Shown here: one piece after another, positions 40,265 to 49,642 of the stretch | Numbering within the stretch: the first letter of the stretch is position 1 | How the letters are laid out: every line of letters starts with the position of its first letter | Assembly: GCA_963702005.1 (NCBI GenBank) | Contig: OY969696.1 | Coordinates: 224,001-288,000 of the forward strand | Reading direction: 5' to 3' | Source of the DNA: Candidatus Aminicenantes bacterium | Lineage (GTDB): Bacteria > Acidobacteriota > Aminicenantia > Aminicenantales > JAFGBC01 | Length of the DNA: 64,000 bases | The notes under the pieces: model-generated | What the model saw: the letters and a program-made list of their open reading frames with translations, nothing else | Database searches by the model: none | Told to the model about the DNA's origin: nothing | Position numbers and translations under genes: made by a program

Positions 40265-40390
40265 GATTTTATCAACACAGCGAACCGCTTCCTTGCGGGG
40301 CTTGTTGTGGGATTTTGAACGGCGGCTTTCTTGGCGGGGCCCCCGCCACCTTGGCTCCTTTAAACGGGGACCCCTCCTTTCTCAATTTTC

Positions 40391-40458
40391 AGTAGATGCC
40401 TATAAGCCGGCCGCGTCAACCCCTTGTCGTATTATGTCGCATCATGTCGCATTGTGTC
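40391..40458 (-). promoter_or_regulatory. Divergent promoter with 10-bp tandem direct repeats upstream of its -35
   Basis: TTGACG (40419-40414)-17-TCTACT (40396-40391); repeats TGTCGTATTA TGTCGCATCA TGTCGCATTG TGTC at 40425-40458. Confidence 0.6.
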
Positions 40459-40543
40459 TGTCCGAGCCCGGGAGCCGGGCCGGCCTGGGGCCGGACCTTG
40501 ACTGCTATGTCCATTTCCGAATATATAATATAAAGAGATTGCT

Positions 40544-41911
40544 ATGGCCCCGTCCGGTCCGAAGAAAGAGGAGAGGCTGGCCTCCTGGAAGGAAATCGCG
40601 GCCTACCTCGGATGCGACGAGCGAACCTGCCTCCGCTGGGAAAAGAAGCTCGGCCTCCCCGTTCATAGGATGGAGGGCGCTTCTAAATCCCGGGTTTTCG
40701 CCTACCGGGAGGAACTCGACCGCTGGATGCGGGAACGGATCACTTTGGCCAACGTTCCAACCCCTCTCTTGCAGCCGCGACTTTTCCTCCGCAAGTCCCA
40801 CCGCGTCTTTGTTGCGATCGCGGCATTGGTCGGGGTCGCCATCGCCGCCATCTGGATCGGATCAAGGACCGGTTCGATTCCGTCTAATTTCCGGATTGAG
40901 GACTCGACCTTCTTCGCCCTGAATAAGAAAGGCCGGACCCTCTGGAGCTACAACACGGGGTTGTTCAATCTCAGGGACGAGAGCTTTTATCGAGACCGTT
41001 TCCAGATCAAGGTCCGGGCTAAGACTGAGGATGCCCTATTCCCCCTGCTTTTGATGAAGGACATCAACGGGGACGGCCGGGCCGAGGTCCTGTTCGCTCT
41101 TAAGACCCAGGACGAGTTCAACGAGGGCCGTATTTTGTGCTTCAACGACCGGGGAAAACTCCTCTGGGACTTCGCTGCGGGCAGGGAACTCCTCTACGGC
41201 GACGCCATCTACGCGAGGGATTACAGGGTCGCGGGGATAGGGCTTCACGATTTTGACGGCGACGGCCTTCCCAAAATATTCTTTTTCGCCTACCAAAAGC
41301 CCGACTTCCCTTGCCAGCTCGGCGTCCTCAACGCCAAGGGCGAACTCATCGGAGAGTATTGGAACTCGGGCTTTTTCTCCGACATCGTCTTCCTGGATAT
41401 CGACGGGGACGGCCGGGACGAAGTCCTGGCCGCGGGCCTCAACAACGAATACGGGAAAGGGTGCCTGGTCGCGTTCGCCCCCGACCGGATCTCGGGCAGC
41501 TCCCCCCAGAGGAATCCCGCGTTCCTGTGCCGAGACCTCGCGCCCGGGTCCGAGCTCTTTTACGTCTTGTTCCCGAGGACCGACGTCGACCTGGCCGAAT
41601 ATCCGGTCGAATGCATCATGACCATCGACATTCTCCGGAACCACCGCATCTACTTGAACGCCCTGCTCAGCCGGATCTTTTTCGAAATGACCCCGGCCAT
41701 GGAGTTGGTCCTGGTCCACTCCAGCCATAGTTTCCAGAAGATGCACGCCGAGGCCGTCCGCGCGGGAAAGGTTCGGAGCAGCCTCGAGCCCGCTTATTTC
41801 GAGAGGCTGAGGCGCGGCGTCCTTTATTGGAACGGGACGGACTGGGTTTCCACCCGGACCCCAAACTTGAGAAACGCCAAGACAGGGACGCCCCTCGTTC
41901 CGATAAAATAG
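40544..41911 (+). CDS. Membrane-anchored protein: Xis/MerR-like HTH + TM + FG-GAP repeats
   Basis: LASWKEIAAYLGCDERTCLRWE; TM VFVAIAALVGVAIAAIW; DINGDGRAEV, DFDGDG, DIDGDGRDEV. Confidence 0.85.
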   Translation: MAPSGPKKEERLASWKEIAAYLGCDERTCLRWEKKLGLPVHRMEGASKSRVFAYREELDRWMRERITLANVPTPLLQPRLFLRKSHRVFVAIAALVGVAIAAIWIGSRTGSIPSNFRIEDSTFFALNKKGRTLWSYNTGLFNLRDESFYRDRFQIKVRAKTEDALFPLLLMKDINGDGRAEVLFALKTQDEFNEGRILCFNDRGKLLWDFAAGRELLYGDAIYARDYRVAGIGLHDFDGDGLPKIFFFAYQKPDFPCQLGVLNAKGELIGEYWNSGFFSDIVFLDIDGDGRDEVLAAGLNNEYGKGCLVAFAPDRISGSSPQRNPAFLCRDLAPGSELFYVLFPRTDVDLAEYPVECIMTIDILRNHRIYLNALLSRIFFEMTPAMELVLVHSSHSFQKMHAEAVRAGKVRSSLEPAYFERLRRGVLYWNGTDWVSTRTPNLRNAKTGTPLVPIK

Positions 41912-41944
41912 ACGTGCGCCGGCCCCCCGTGGAGAGCTATTCTT

Positions 41945-42367
41945 TCAGTGACTCCCCTTGATCGTGATTTTAAGGACAAAGGAATCGATGAAGGCCTCTT
42001 TTTCCCACGGGCGGCGCAGCCGGAGCTCGAGCTCCCCGGACCCCGCCTTCAACGCCTTGAACACCATGACCTTGGTCCCGCCCCGTCCCACGATCCGGGG
42101 ATCGGCCGTTTCGGCCTCAAAGCTCTCAGATTCGGGTCGCAGCAGACCCTCCGGGATCTTTACGGCGGCCCAAGTGTAGCCCGTGGTCGGGTTCTCGGGA
42201 AGGCGGATCTCGAAGTTCTCTCCCACCTCCAGCTCGCAGGTAGTCCCGCTATCTGTTTTGACGAAAGCCTTCATTGCATCCACCCGCTTCGGATTCTCGG
42301 GCTGCCTCGAGCAGCCCGAGAGCGCCGCACCCAGGATCAAGCCGAGGAGAATACTAAGCCCTTTCAT
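41945..42367 (-). CDS. Chagasin (I42) protease inhibitor lipoprotein
   Basis: Lipobox LSGC; LPENPTTGYTW, VGRGG, RRPWE. Confidence 0.92.
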   Translation of the reverse strand: MKGLSILLGLILGAALSGCSRQPENPKRVDAMKAFVKTDSGTTCELEVGENFEIRLPENPTTGYTWAAVKIPEGLLRPESESFEAETADPRIVGRGGTKVMVFKALKAGSGELELRLRRPWEKEAFIDSFVLKITIKGSH

Positions 42368-42427
42368 CTTGATGGCTGCATTACAGCTCGATCAACGTCC
42401 ATTCGTCAAGCGATAATATCGCGGGCT

Positions 42428-43429
42428 TTATTCGAGGACGACTTCGCGCCGGCCGGATATGACGTCGCCGATGACCCAGGCCGGAGAGCGGAGTCCCTCA
42501 AAAAAGCGGATCGCGTCCCGGGCCAAGCGCCTGTCGAGGACGACAACCATGCCGATCCCCATGTTGAAAGTCCGGAACATCTCTCGTTCCCCGACCGAGC
42601 CTCGGGCCCGGATCGTCCGGAACGGCTCGGGAATCGGCCAGCTGCCGCGCCGAATCCGCGCGCCGCGGCCCTCGGGCAGGACTCGCGGGATGTTGTCGTA
42701 AAATCCGCCGCCCGTGATGTGGGCCATGGCCTTGACCGGAAACCTCCGGAGCGCCTTGAGGATGAGCGGCGTGTAGATGCGGGTCGGCTTGAGAAGGCAC
42801 CGGCCCCAATCTCCCCTAAGCTCTCTCTCCGAGAACGCATTTCGGGCCAGGCTGAATCCGTTGCTGTGAAGTCCGCTCGAGGCAAGGCCGACGACGACGT
42901 CGCCCTCCCGCGCCCGGCGGCCGTCGATGATCCTGTCTTCGTCGACGATCCCGACGCAAAACCCGGCCAGGTCCCACTGCTCGGGAGCGTAGAGCCCGGG
43001 AAGTTCCGCCGTCTCCCCGCCAATGAGGGCGCAGCCGGCCTGTCGGCAGCCCTTGACGATCCCCTTCATGACCTCGGCCAGAAGGCCGCTTCGGACCCGG
43101 CCGCAAGCGATGTAGTCCAGGAAGAAGAGCGGCTCGGCGCCGCTGACGACGACGTCGTCCACGTTCATGGCGACAAGATCGATCCCGACCGTGTCGTACT
43201 TGCGGAGGATGTCGGCCAGCATGAGCTTGGTGCCGACGCCGTCCGTGGACGAGACCAGGACCGGTTTCCGCATCCCCTTGAGCCGGAGCCGGACCAGGCC
43301 GCTGAATCCGCCGATCCCGGCCAGGACTTCGGGCCTCATGGTCGAACGGACCATAGGCTTGATCTTCCGGATGAAGCGGTCGGCCTCGTCGATGTTCACG
43401 CCGGCCTTCCGGTAGGTCAGGGCGGCCAT
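42428..43429 (-). CDS. purM: Phosphoribosylaminoimidazole synthetase
   Basis: YRKAGVNI, STDGVGTK, GGETAELPG, SSGLHSNGFSL, AHITGGG, TFNMGIG. Confidence 0.97.
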   Translation of the reverse strand: MAALTYRKAGVNIDEADRFIRKIKPMVRSTMRPEVLAGIGGFSGLVRLRLKGMRKPVLVSSTDGVGTKLMLADILRKYDTVGIDLVAMNVDDVVVSGAEPLFFLDYIACGRVRSGLLAEVMKGIVKGCRQAGCALIGGETAELPGLYAPEQWDLAGFCVGIVDEDRIIDGRRAREGDVVVGLASSGLHSNGFSLARNAFSERELRGDWGRCLLKPTRIYTPLILKALRRFPVKAMAHITGGGFYDNIPRVLPEGRGARIRRGSWPIPEPFRTIRARGSVGEREMFRTFNMGIGMVVVLDRRLARDAIRFFEGLRSPAWVIGDVISGRREVVLE

Positions 43430-43599
43430 CTCGCTCTCCTTATCGGTTTTTTTCCTTATATCACCCCCCGGAAATCAAGTCAAACCATTGACACTCATGA
43501 AAGCCACGAGTATTGCAAGCCGGGGCTCCGATTTTAAGCCCCGCCTTCCTCATTTTGACCAAGCTAGCACCCTGGAGCAGTAAGCGGCCGGCTAATACA

Positions 43600-43856
43600 A
43601 AAGGAGACGTGGGCGCCCGAAGCGACCATTGAGGGTTTAGCCTTCCCTTGCCGTTCTTCGAGGGAATCCCCTTTCGGGGGCGCCGAGTATGTTTGAGCAC
43701 GCTAGAACACATTAAATAAAGCCGAGGATGCCGTGGCTCTTGTGAATCGGCTCGTTCTGACGTGCGGAGTTACGCAGGCGCCGAGAAGGACGGCAAGGGA
43801 ACGGCGTATAAAACCCGAAGGGGAGCGAGGGTGCCCACGTCTCCTTTCGTTCTTTT
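43600..43856 (+). ncRNA. Unidentified rod-like structured RNA candidate
   Basis: Seven nested helices incl. 19-bp (43600-43618/43829-43847) and 17-bp (43643-43659/43785-43801) stems whose mismatches are G-U on the + strand; T-rich tail. Confidence 0.6.
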
Positions 43857-43923
43857 GGCTGTAACCTTGGGCTATAATTCGAGTATATCCCCCTGAAAGG
43901 ACGCGAATCTTCAGGTAGCGACT

Positions 43924-44487
43924 ATGGCCCCCCACGACGACAGCCGGATCATGAAAGACGTCCAGGAGGGCGAGGTTGAAAAGCTGGCCATTCTTTTCGA
44001 ACGGCACCACCTCTCCCTCTACAACTTTTTTCTCCGCCTGACCGGGAACCGGGCCGCCAGCGAGGACCTCGTCCAGGACGTCTTCGTCCGCATCCTCAAA
44101 TACCGTTCCAGCTTCCAGGCCCAGGGCCCTTTCGCCGTCTGGATGTACCAAATCGCCAGAAACGCGCATATCGACCACATCCGGAAACGCCGGGATAAGG
44201 ACACGCTCCCGCTCGACGACCAATGGGCCGAAGCCGTCAGCCCGGAACCCCCGCCCGAAGCGGCCCTCGAATTCCGCCGGGACCGGATCCTGATCAGGAA
44301 GGCTCTTGATTCGCTCCCGGAGAAGAAACGGGAGGTCCTGTTGCTGAGCCGATTCCAAGACCTCAAGTACAGGGAGATCGCCAAGATCCTCGGCAGCAGC
44401 GAAGCCGCCGTTAAAACCATCGTCCACCGCTCGCTCAAGGAGCTGGGCAAAGCCTTCGCCGCCCTCCAGGAAGGAGTAACCTCATGA
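43924..44487 (+). CDS. ECF RNA polymerase sigma factor
   Basis: SEDLVQDVF, WMYQIARN, LPEKKREVLLL, YREIAKILG; TGTAACC motif at 43860. Confidence 0.93.
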   Translation: MAPHDDSRIMKDVQEGEVEKLAILFERHHLSLYNFFLRLTGNRAASEDLVQDVFVRILKYRSSFQAQGPFAVWMYQIARNAHIDHIRKRRDKDTLPLDDQWAEAVSPEPPPEAALEFRRDRILIRKALDSLPEKKREVLLLSRFQDLKYREIAKILGSSEAAVKTIVHRSLKELGKAFAALQEGVTS

Positions 44488-45305
44488 ATTGCCAGGAGAT
44501 CCAGGACCGCTTCGTCGATTTCTTGACCGGCGACGCCGCCCCCGACACCCAGAAAAAAGTCCGGGCGCACGTCGCTCTCTGCGCCGCCTGCCGCGAGGAG
44601 CTCGAGACCATGACCCTGGCCTGGACCAAGCTGGGCGTCCTTCCCGAGCAGAAGCCCGGGCCGGCGCTGAAGACCCGGTTCTACACGATGCTCGAGACCT
44701 ATAAAGACCGCTTGGAGGATGAAGTCATCGAGACGGGGGGACGCCGCCGGGCGCGGTTCGCCGCTTGGCTCGCGGGCCGCTGGCCCAAGACCCCGGCGCT
44801 CCAGCTGGCTGTATCGGCCCTATTCCTCGCCGCCGGCCTTCTGGCCGGATTCCTCCTGAAGCCCGGCGCGGCCCGCTTCGCGGAGATCGCCCGGCTCGAG
44901 GCCGAGGTCCGGGACATGCGGCAGCAAGTTTCCCTTTCCCTGCTGGACCGCTCCTCGCCCAGCGACCGGCTCAGCGGGCTGAGCGTCGCCTCCCAGGTCC
45001 GCGACCCGAATCCCCGGACCCTCGACGCCCTGTTCAGGGCCCTCGACGAGGACTCGAACACGAACGTCCGGCTTGCGGCCGTGGACGCGCTCTATCTGTT
45101 CCGGGACGACGCCCGCGTCCGTAAGGGCCTGATCGATTCCTTAACCCGGCAGACGTCGCCCCTGGTGCAGGTCGCCCTCATCAACCTTCTCGCCGACATC
45201 AAGGAGACCCGGGCCGCCGAGGCCCTCAAGAGCCTCATCGCCGACCGCGCGCTCAGGCCCGAAGTCCGGCAGAAGGCGGAGTGGGGACTCCGGAAGCTCA
45301 TCTGA
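44484..45305 (+). CDS. Anti-sigma factor: zf-HC2 + TM + HEAT repeats
   Basis: HVALCAAC; DSNTNVRLAAVDAL; QTSPLVQVALI; ATGA overlap. Confidence 0.88.
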   Translation: MNCQEIQDRFVDFLTGDAAPDTQKKVRAHVALCAACREELETMTLAWTKLGVLPEQKPGPALKTRFYTMLETYKDRLEDEVIETGGRRRARFAAWLAGRWPKTPALQLAVSALFLAAGLLAGFLLKPGAARFAEIARLEAEVRDMRQQVSLSLLDRSSPSDRLSGLSVASQVRDPNPRTLDALFRALDEDSNTNVRLAAVDALYLFRDDARVRKGLIDSLTRQTSPLVQVALINLLADIKETRAAEALKSLIADRALRPEVRQKAEWGLRKLI

Positions 45306-45318
45306 GGAGACAACGGCC

Positions 45319-46182
45319 ATGAAAAAGTCTTTAGCGCTTTTTGCCGTCGCCTTTCTGGCGGCCTCCACCCTGGCCGCCGCGACGGAATGGAACGCCCAAG
45401 AGAAGGAAGAAATCCGCAAGACACTCCACTTCCAAGACGCCGCCAAACCCGGCGAGGTCGTCGTTGACAACGTCTGGGGCGCGATTTCGGTCGAAGGCGC
45501 GGATATCCGCGAGGTCGAGCTTGTCGCCCGAAAGACGATTCGGGCCCGCAATCAAGACCGGCTGGCCAGGGCCAAAGAGGAAGTCAAGCTGGAGATCAGC
45601 GAGAGCGCCGCGGCGGTCGAAATCTATGTCGATGGGCCTTTCCGCTGCGACGAACATGGGGGTCATGGCCTCCACTTCAATCGCGATCCGGGATATGAAG
45701 TTCAATACGACTTCGAGCTGCGGGTCCCGCGGACGGCGAGTATCATCCTTAGAACCGTCATGGATGGAGACGTCCGGGTTCGGGACGTCGAAGGCGGCTT
45801 CGAGGTCCACAACGTCAACGGCCGGATCGACCTCGAGGACATGAGCGGCGCCGGGGACGCCGAGACCGTCAACGGCGGGGTCATGGTCGCCTTCCGCCGC
45901 GCCCCGGCCTCGGGCTGCGCTTTCAAGACCATCAACGGCAAGGTCGACCTGACCTTCCCGGCGGCGCCCTCGGCCGATTTCCGGCTCAAGACCTTCAACG
46001 GCGAAGCTTGGTCCGATTTCCCGGTTGAATACCTTCCGGCCGCGCCCGGAAAGGCCGGGCGCAAGGACGGGATGTTCGTCTATAAGAGCGGCGGCTTCAC
46101 CAACGTCCGGAGCGGCCGGGGCGGCGTCGCCGTCGAGGTCGAAACGCTCAACGGCGGCATCTATCTTCACACAGCGAAATGA
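45319..46182 (+). CDS. DUF4097 family secreted protein
   Basis: Signal peptide; NVNGRI, TVNGGV, TINGKV, TFNG repeats. Confidence 0.87.
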   Translation: MKKSLALFAVAFLAASTLAAATEWNAQEKEEIRKTLHFQDAAKPGEVVVDNVWGAISVEGADIREVELVARKTIRARNQDRLARAKEEVKLEISESAAAVEIYVDGPFRCDEHGGHGLHFNRDPGYEVQYDFELRVPRTASIILRTVMDGDVRVRDVEGGFEVHNVNGRIDLEDMSGAGDAETVNGGVMVAFRRAPASGCAFKTINGKVDLTFPAAPSADFRLKTFNGEAWSDFPVEYLPAAPGKAGRKDGMFVYKSGGFTNVRSGRGGVAVEVETLNGGIYLHTAK

Positions 46183-46201
46183 ATCCTTTAAGGAGGACAT
46201 C

Positions 46202-47128
46202 ATGAGAACATACACGCGAATCGTCATCGGAACGATCCTGATCCTGGCGGCCGGCTGGCCGGCCCTCGCCCAGGAGCAGGCGCCCGAGCGGGCCGTCGTC
46301 CCGCTCAGCAACCCGGCCAAGCCCGCCCTGGTCGAGGTCGAGACCATGAGGGGCGGGATCACCGTCAAGGGCTACGAAGGGAAAGAGGTCATCGTCGAGG
46401 CCCGGACTCGGGATAAGCTGATCGCCCGGAGCATAGAGGGGATCACTCCCGCACCGGCCTCGGTTGCCGCGCCGGCCCTGGCTCCCGTCCCCCCCGAACC
46501 ACCCGAACGGCCGGGCCGCCGGTTCAAGGACAAGGAGGCCAAAGCGGCCGGAATGAAGCTCATCCCGCTCGCAAGCTCGGGCCTCAGCATCGAGGAAGAG
46601 GACAACGTCGTCACTATCAGCACCGAATCCTGGAAGCGGGCCGTCGACCTCGTCATCCAGGTTCCCTTCTCGTCTTCGCTCCGGCTCCACGCTCAAAACG
46701 ACGGCGATATCAAGGTCGATAACGTCAGCGGCGAGATCGAGGTCGAGAACTTGAACGGCCCCGACACTCTGGCCAACGTCTCGGGGACGGTCGTGGCCAG
46801 CACCATGAACGGGGACGTGACCGTCACTTTCGTCAAGGTCGCCGCCGACAAGCCGATGTCCTTCAGCACCATGAACGGGGACATCGATATCACCTTTCCG
46901 GCCGACTTCAAGGCCACGGTCAGGATGAAATCCGAGCAGGGCGAGGTCTACAGCGATTTCGACATGAGCCTCAAGCAGGACGTCGCCAAGAAGGAAGTGC
47001 CCCAACGCGAAGGCGGCAAGTATCAAATCAGCTTCGACCGTTCGGTGGTGGGCACCATCAACGGCGGCGGGCCCGAGATCCAGTTCAGCACGTTCAACGG
47101 CAACATCTACATCCGGAAAAAGAAATAG
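46202..47128 (+). CDS. DUF4097 family secreted protein
   Basis: RBS AAGGAGG; signal peptide; TMNGDV, TMNGDI, GTINGGG, TFNGNIYI. Confidence 0.88.
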   Translation: MRTYTRIVIGTILILAAGWPALAQEQAPERAVVPLSNPAKPALVEVETMRGGITVKGYEGKEVIVEARTRDKLIARSIEGITPAPASVAAPALAPVPPEPPERPGRRFKDKEAKAAGMKLIPLASSGLSIEEEDNVVTISTESWKRAVDLVIQVPFSSSLRLHAQNDGDIKVDNVSGEIEVENLNGPDTLANVSGTVVASTMNGDVTVTFVKVAADKPMSFSTMNGDIDITFPADFKATVRMKSEQGEVYSDFDMSLKQDVAKKEVPQREGGKYQISFDRSVVGTINGGGPEIQFSTFNGNIYIRKKK

Positions 47129-47153
47129 CGTCCGCCGTCAAGACGGTTACGAC

Positions 47154-47183
47154 AGGGGCGGCCTTCGGGCCGCCCCTTTCTTT
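47154..47183 (+). terminator. Intrinsic terminator
   Basis: AGGGGCGGCC-TTCG-GGCCGCCCCT followed by TTTCTTT. Confidence 0.85.
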
Positions 47184-47261
47184 ATCCGGGCACCGGGCTC
47201 CTCCGCTAGGATCGGCTTGCCGGACGCGGAAAAGAAAACTATAATTCCGGGGGGAGCCAGC

Positions 47262-48144
47262 ATGACAAAAACATACGGAAGCCAGAGCATGACCGCCCCG
47301 TTGCGGAGGGTCATCCTCAAGCGGCCGGCCCAAGCCTTCCGGGACGAGGCCAGCATCGCCGCCCAGTGGAAGGCCCTCGCTTTCACGGCCCGGCCCGACC
47401 TCTGGCGCGCCGAAGCCGAGTTCGAGGGGCTCGTCTCGATCCTGAAAAGCCAGGGAATCGAGATCCTTTCCCTGCCCGAGGATGATCGGACCGGCCTGGA
47501 TTCCATCTATGTCCATGACCCGGCCCTCATCACGGACGCCGGCGCCGTCATCTTCCAGACGGGCAAGATCGTCCGGCGCGGGGAGGGTCCCGCCATGGCC
47601 GATGCCCTGACGCGTTGGAACGTCCCCATCCTAGCCCGGATCGACGGCCCGGCCACGGCCGAGGGCGGCGATATGGTCTGGCTCGATCCCACGACGCTGA
47701 TGGTGGGACGGGGGTTCCGGACCAACGGGCATGGCGTGGAAGCTCTGCGGACCGCACTCCGGCCGCTCGGCGTCACGGTCTTGGATTATCATCTCCCCTA
47801 CTGGAGCGGCTCCGGCGACGTCCTTCATTCTCATGTCCTTCCTGAGCCTTCTCGACCAAGACCTGGCCGTCGTCTATCGCAAACTCCTGCCCGTCCCCCT
47901 CTTCGAGCTTCTGGAAGAGCGGCGGATCCGCCTCGTGGATATCCCCGAGGATGAGTTTCCGACCCAAGCCTGCAACGTGCTGGCCCTGGCGCCGCGCCGG
48001 ATCGTCATGCTTGAAGGGAATCCCGTGACCAAGGCGCGGCTTGAGGCGGCCGGATGCACCGTGTTCGAGATCCGCGGGGAGGAAATCGCCATTAAAGGGA
48101 GCGGCGGACCGACCTGCCTGACCAGGCCTCTATTGCGCGGATAG
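47262..48144 (+). pseudogene. Amidinotransferase/dimethylargininase-family gene with a +1 frameshift
   Basis: YVHDP, AEGGD, RTN in one frame; LMSFLS...GSGGPTCLTRP in the next; extra T at ~47829 (CAT-T-CTC-ATG). Confidence 0.8.
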
Positions 48145-48158
48145 CCGGGGGGATAGCC

Positions 48159-49577
48159 ATGCGAAGCATCAGAAAAGCGGCCTTCGCCATTGGGCTCAGC
48201 GTCCTGGTCGGACCGGCCAATCTCCCGCCGGCCGCCGCGCGGACCCAATCCCGGCTTGCCAGACCCTCCTCTGGGGCTGTCGATAGCGGCCTGGAAGCCA
48301 AGGTCGATGCCTACCTCCAGCCCTTCCTCGATGCCCGGGGATTCAGCGGGGCCGTCCTGCTAGCGCGGCAGGGACGAACCGTTCTCGCCAAAGGCTATGG
48401 GATGGCGAACCAGGAGCTTGGGGTCCCCAACACGGTCAAGACCAAATTTCAGATCGCCTCAGTTTCCAAATCTTTCACCGCGGCGGCCGTGCTCCTGCTC
48501 GAGGAGCGCGGACGGCTCGCTCTCAAAGACCCGGTCGCGAGATTCATCCCGAACTTCGTGGCAGGGGATCGAATCACCATCCATCATCTCCTGGCCCACA
48601 CCTCGGGCATCCCCGACGTCAACGGTTTTCCCGATTATGACAGGCAGTCGCGGTTCCCCCAGACACCCGAAACGATCGTTTCCTGGTTCAAGAATCGGCC
48701 CCTCGCATTTGCCCCGGGCGACAGGTACCAATACAGCAACTCCAATTACAACCTGCTGGCGTTGATCATCGAGAAAGCTTCCGGACGGAGCTACGGCGCG
48801 TTCCTGAAGGAGAATATCTTCGACCCACTCGGGATGCGGGACACCGGCCACCCGGCCTCGGCGGCCGCTCTTCTGCCGGGACGGGCATCGGGCTATGTTC
48901 CGACGGGAGCTGCCGACATCGAAAATGCTCCCTATCTGGACTGGACCGTCAAGACCGGGAACGGCTCCCTGTATTCAACGGTCGAGGACCTCTACCGTTG
49001 GGACCGGGCGCTGCGGACGGAAACGATCCTGAGCCGGGCTTCGCTGGAAAAAGTTTTTTCCGAGCAAACGCCCGGCGTCGGATACGGCTGGTTCATCGGG
49101 CGGCAGCTCGGCCGCCGCGTCGTCACCATCAACGGCCGGAGTCCGGGATTCACGTCCTATTTGGACCGTTTCCTGGACGATGACGCCTGCCTCGTCATCC
49201 TCAGCAATAATTACGCGCCCGTCCCCCATCTCGTCGCGAAGGACCTGGCCGCCATCCTGTTCGGCGAGCGCTATGACCAGCCCGGGGACCTGAAACCCGT
49301 TCATGTCCCGCCCGACGGATTGGATCGTCTAGCCGGACGCTACAAGTTCGGAACGGATTTTTATCGCCCGGGGGCTGAAGTCTTCGTCGAAAGGGAAGGG
49401 GACCATCTCGTCCTGGCCTGGACCGCGACATACAGGAGCCCGCTGCTGGCCTTGTCACCGACCGAATTTCTCGATAGGTCCTTCTGGGCGAGAATTTCCT
49501 TCGATCTGGAAGCCGGGGGGAGCCCTTCGGGATTCCGCTGGCGCGATACGTCCGAGTACCGGGCGGAAAAAAAATAA
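48159..49577 (+). CDS. Serine hydrolase, beta-lactamase family
   Basis: FQIASVSK (SxxK), LLAHTSGI, YSNSNY, PLGM. Confidence 0.92.
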   Translation: MRSIRKAAFAIGLSVLVGPANLPPAAARTQSRLARPSSGAVDSGLEAKVDAYLQPFLDARGFSGAVLLARQGRTVLAKGYGMANQELGVPNTVKTKFQIASVSKSFTAAAVLLLEERGRLALKDPVARFIPNFVAGDRITIHHLLAHTSGIPDVNGFPDYDRQSRFPQTPETIVSWFKNRPLAFAPGDRYQYSNSNYNLLALIIEKASGRSYGAFLKENIFDPLGMRDTGHPASAAALLPGRASGYVPTGAADIENAPYLDWTVKTGNGSLYSTVEDLYRWDRALRTETILSRASLEKVFSEQTPGVGYGWFIGRQLGRRVVTINGRSPGFTSYLDRFLDDDACLVILSNNYAPVPHLVAKDLAAILFGERYDQPGDLKPVHVPPDGLDRLAGRYKFGTDFYRPGAEVFVEREGDHLVLAWTATYRSPLLALSPTEFLDRSFWARISFDLEAGGSPSGFRWRDTSEYRAEKK

Positions 49578-49642
49578 CGGGGCAAGGGCAAGCTTAGCCC
49601 CGGCGTTTTAAGTGAAGATGATCTGGCCGCCGGCGGCCTTGA

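Noticed and set aside
40425-40458. Tandem repeats as a CRISPR array
   Set aside because: 10-bp units without spacers and no cas genes
41948-43537. Long antisense ORFs (this one, 5741-7321, 22582-23877, 38606-39856, 53192-54412 and others)
   Set aside because: Shadow frames of well-supported genes in high-GC DNA with no recognisable motifs
43600-43856. Rod structure as tmRNA, RNase P, SRP, retron ncRNA or purine/ZTP riboswitch
   Set aside because: No tRNA-like ends, GAGGAAAGUCC, SRP helix-8 or GACUGGCG motifs, and no RT gene nearby
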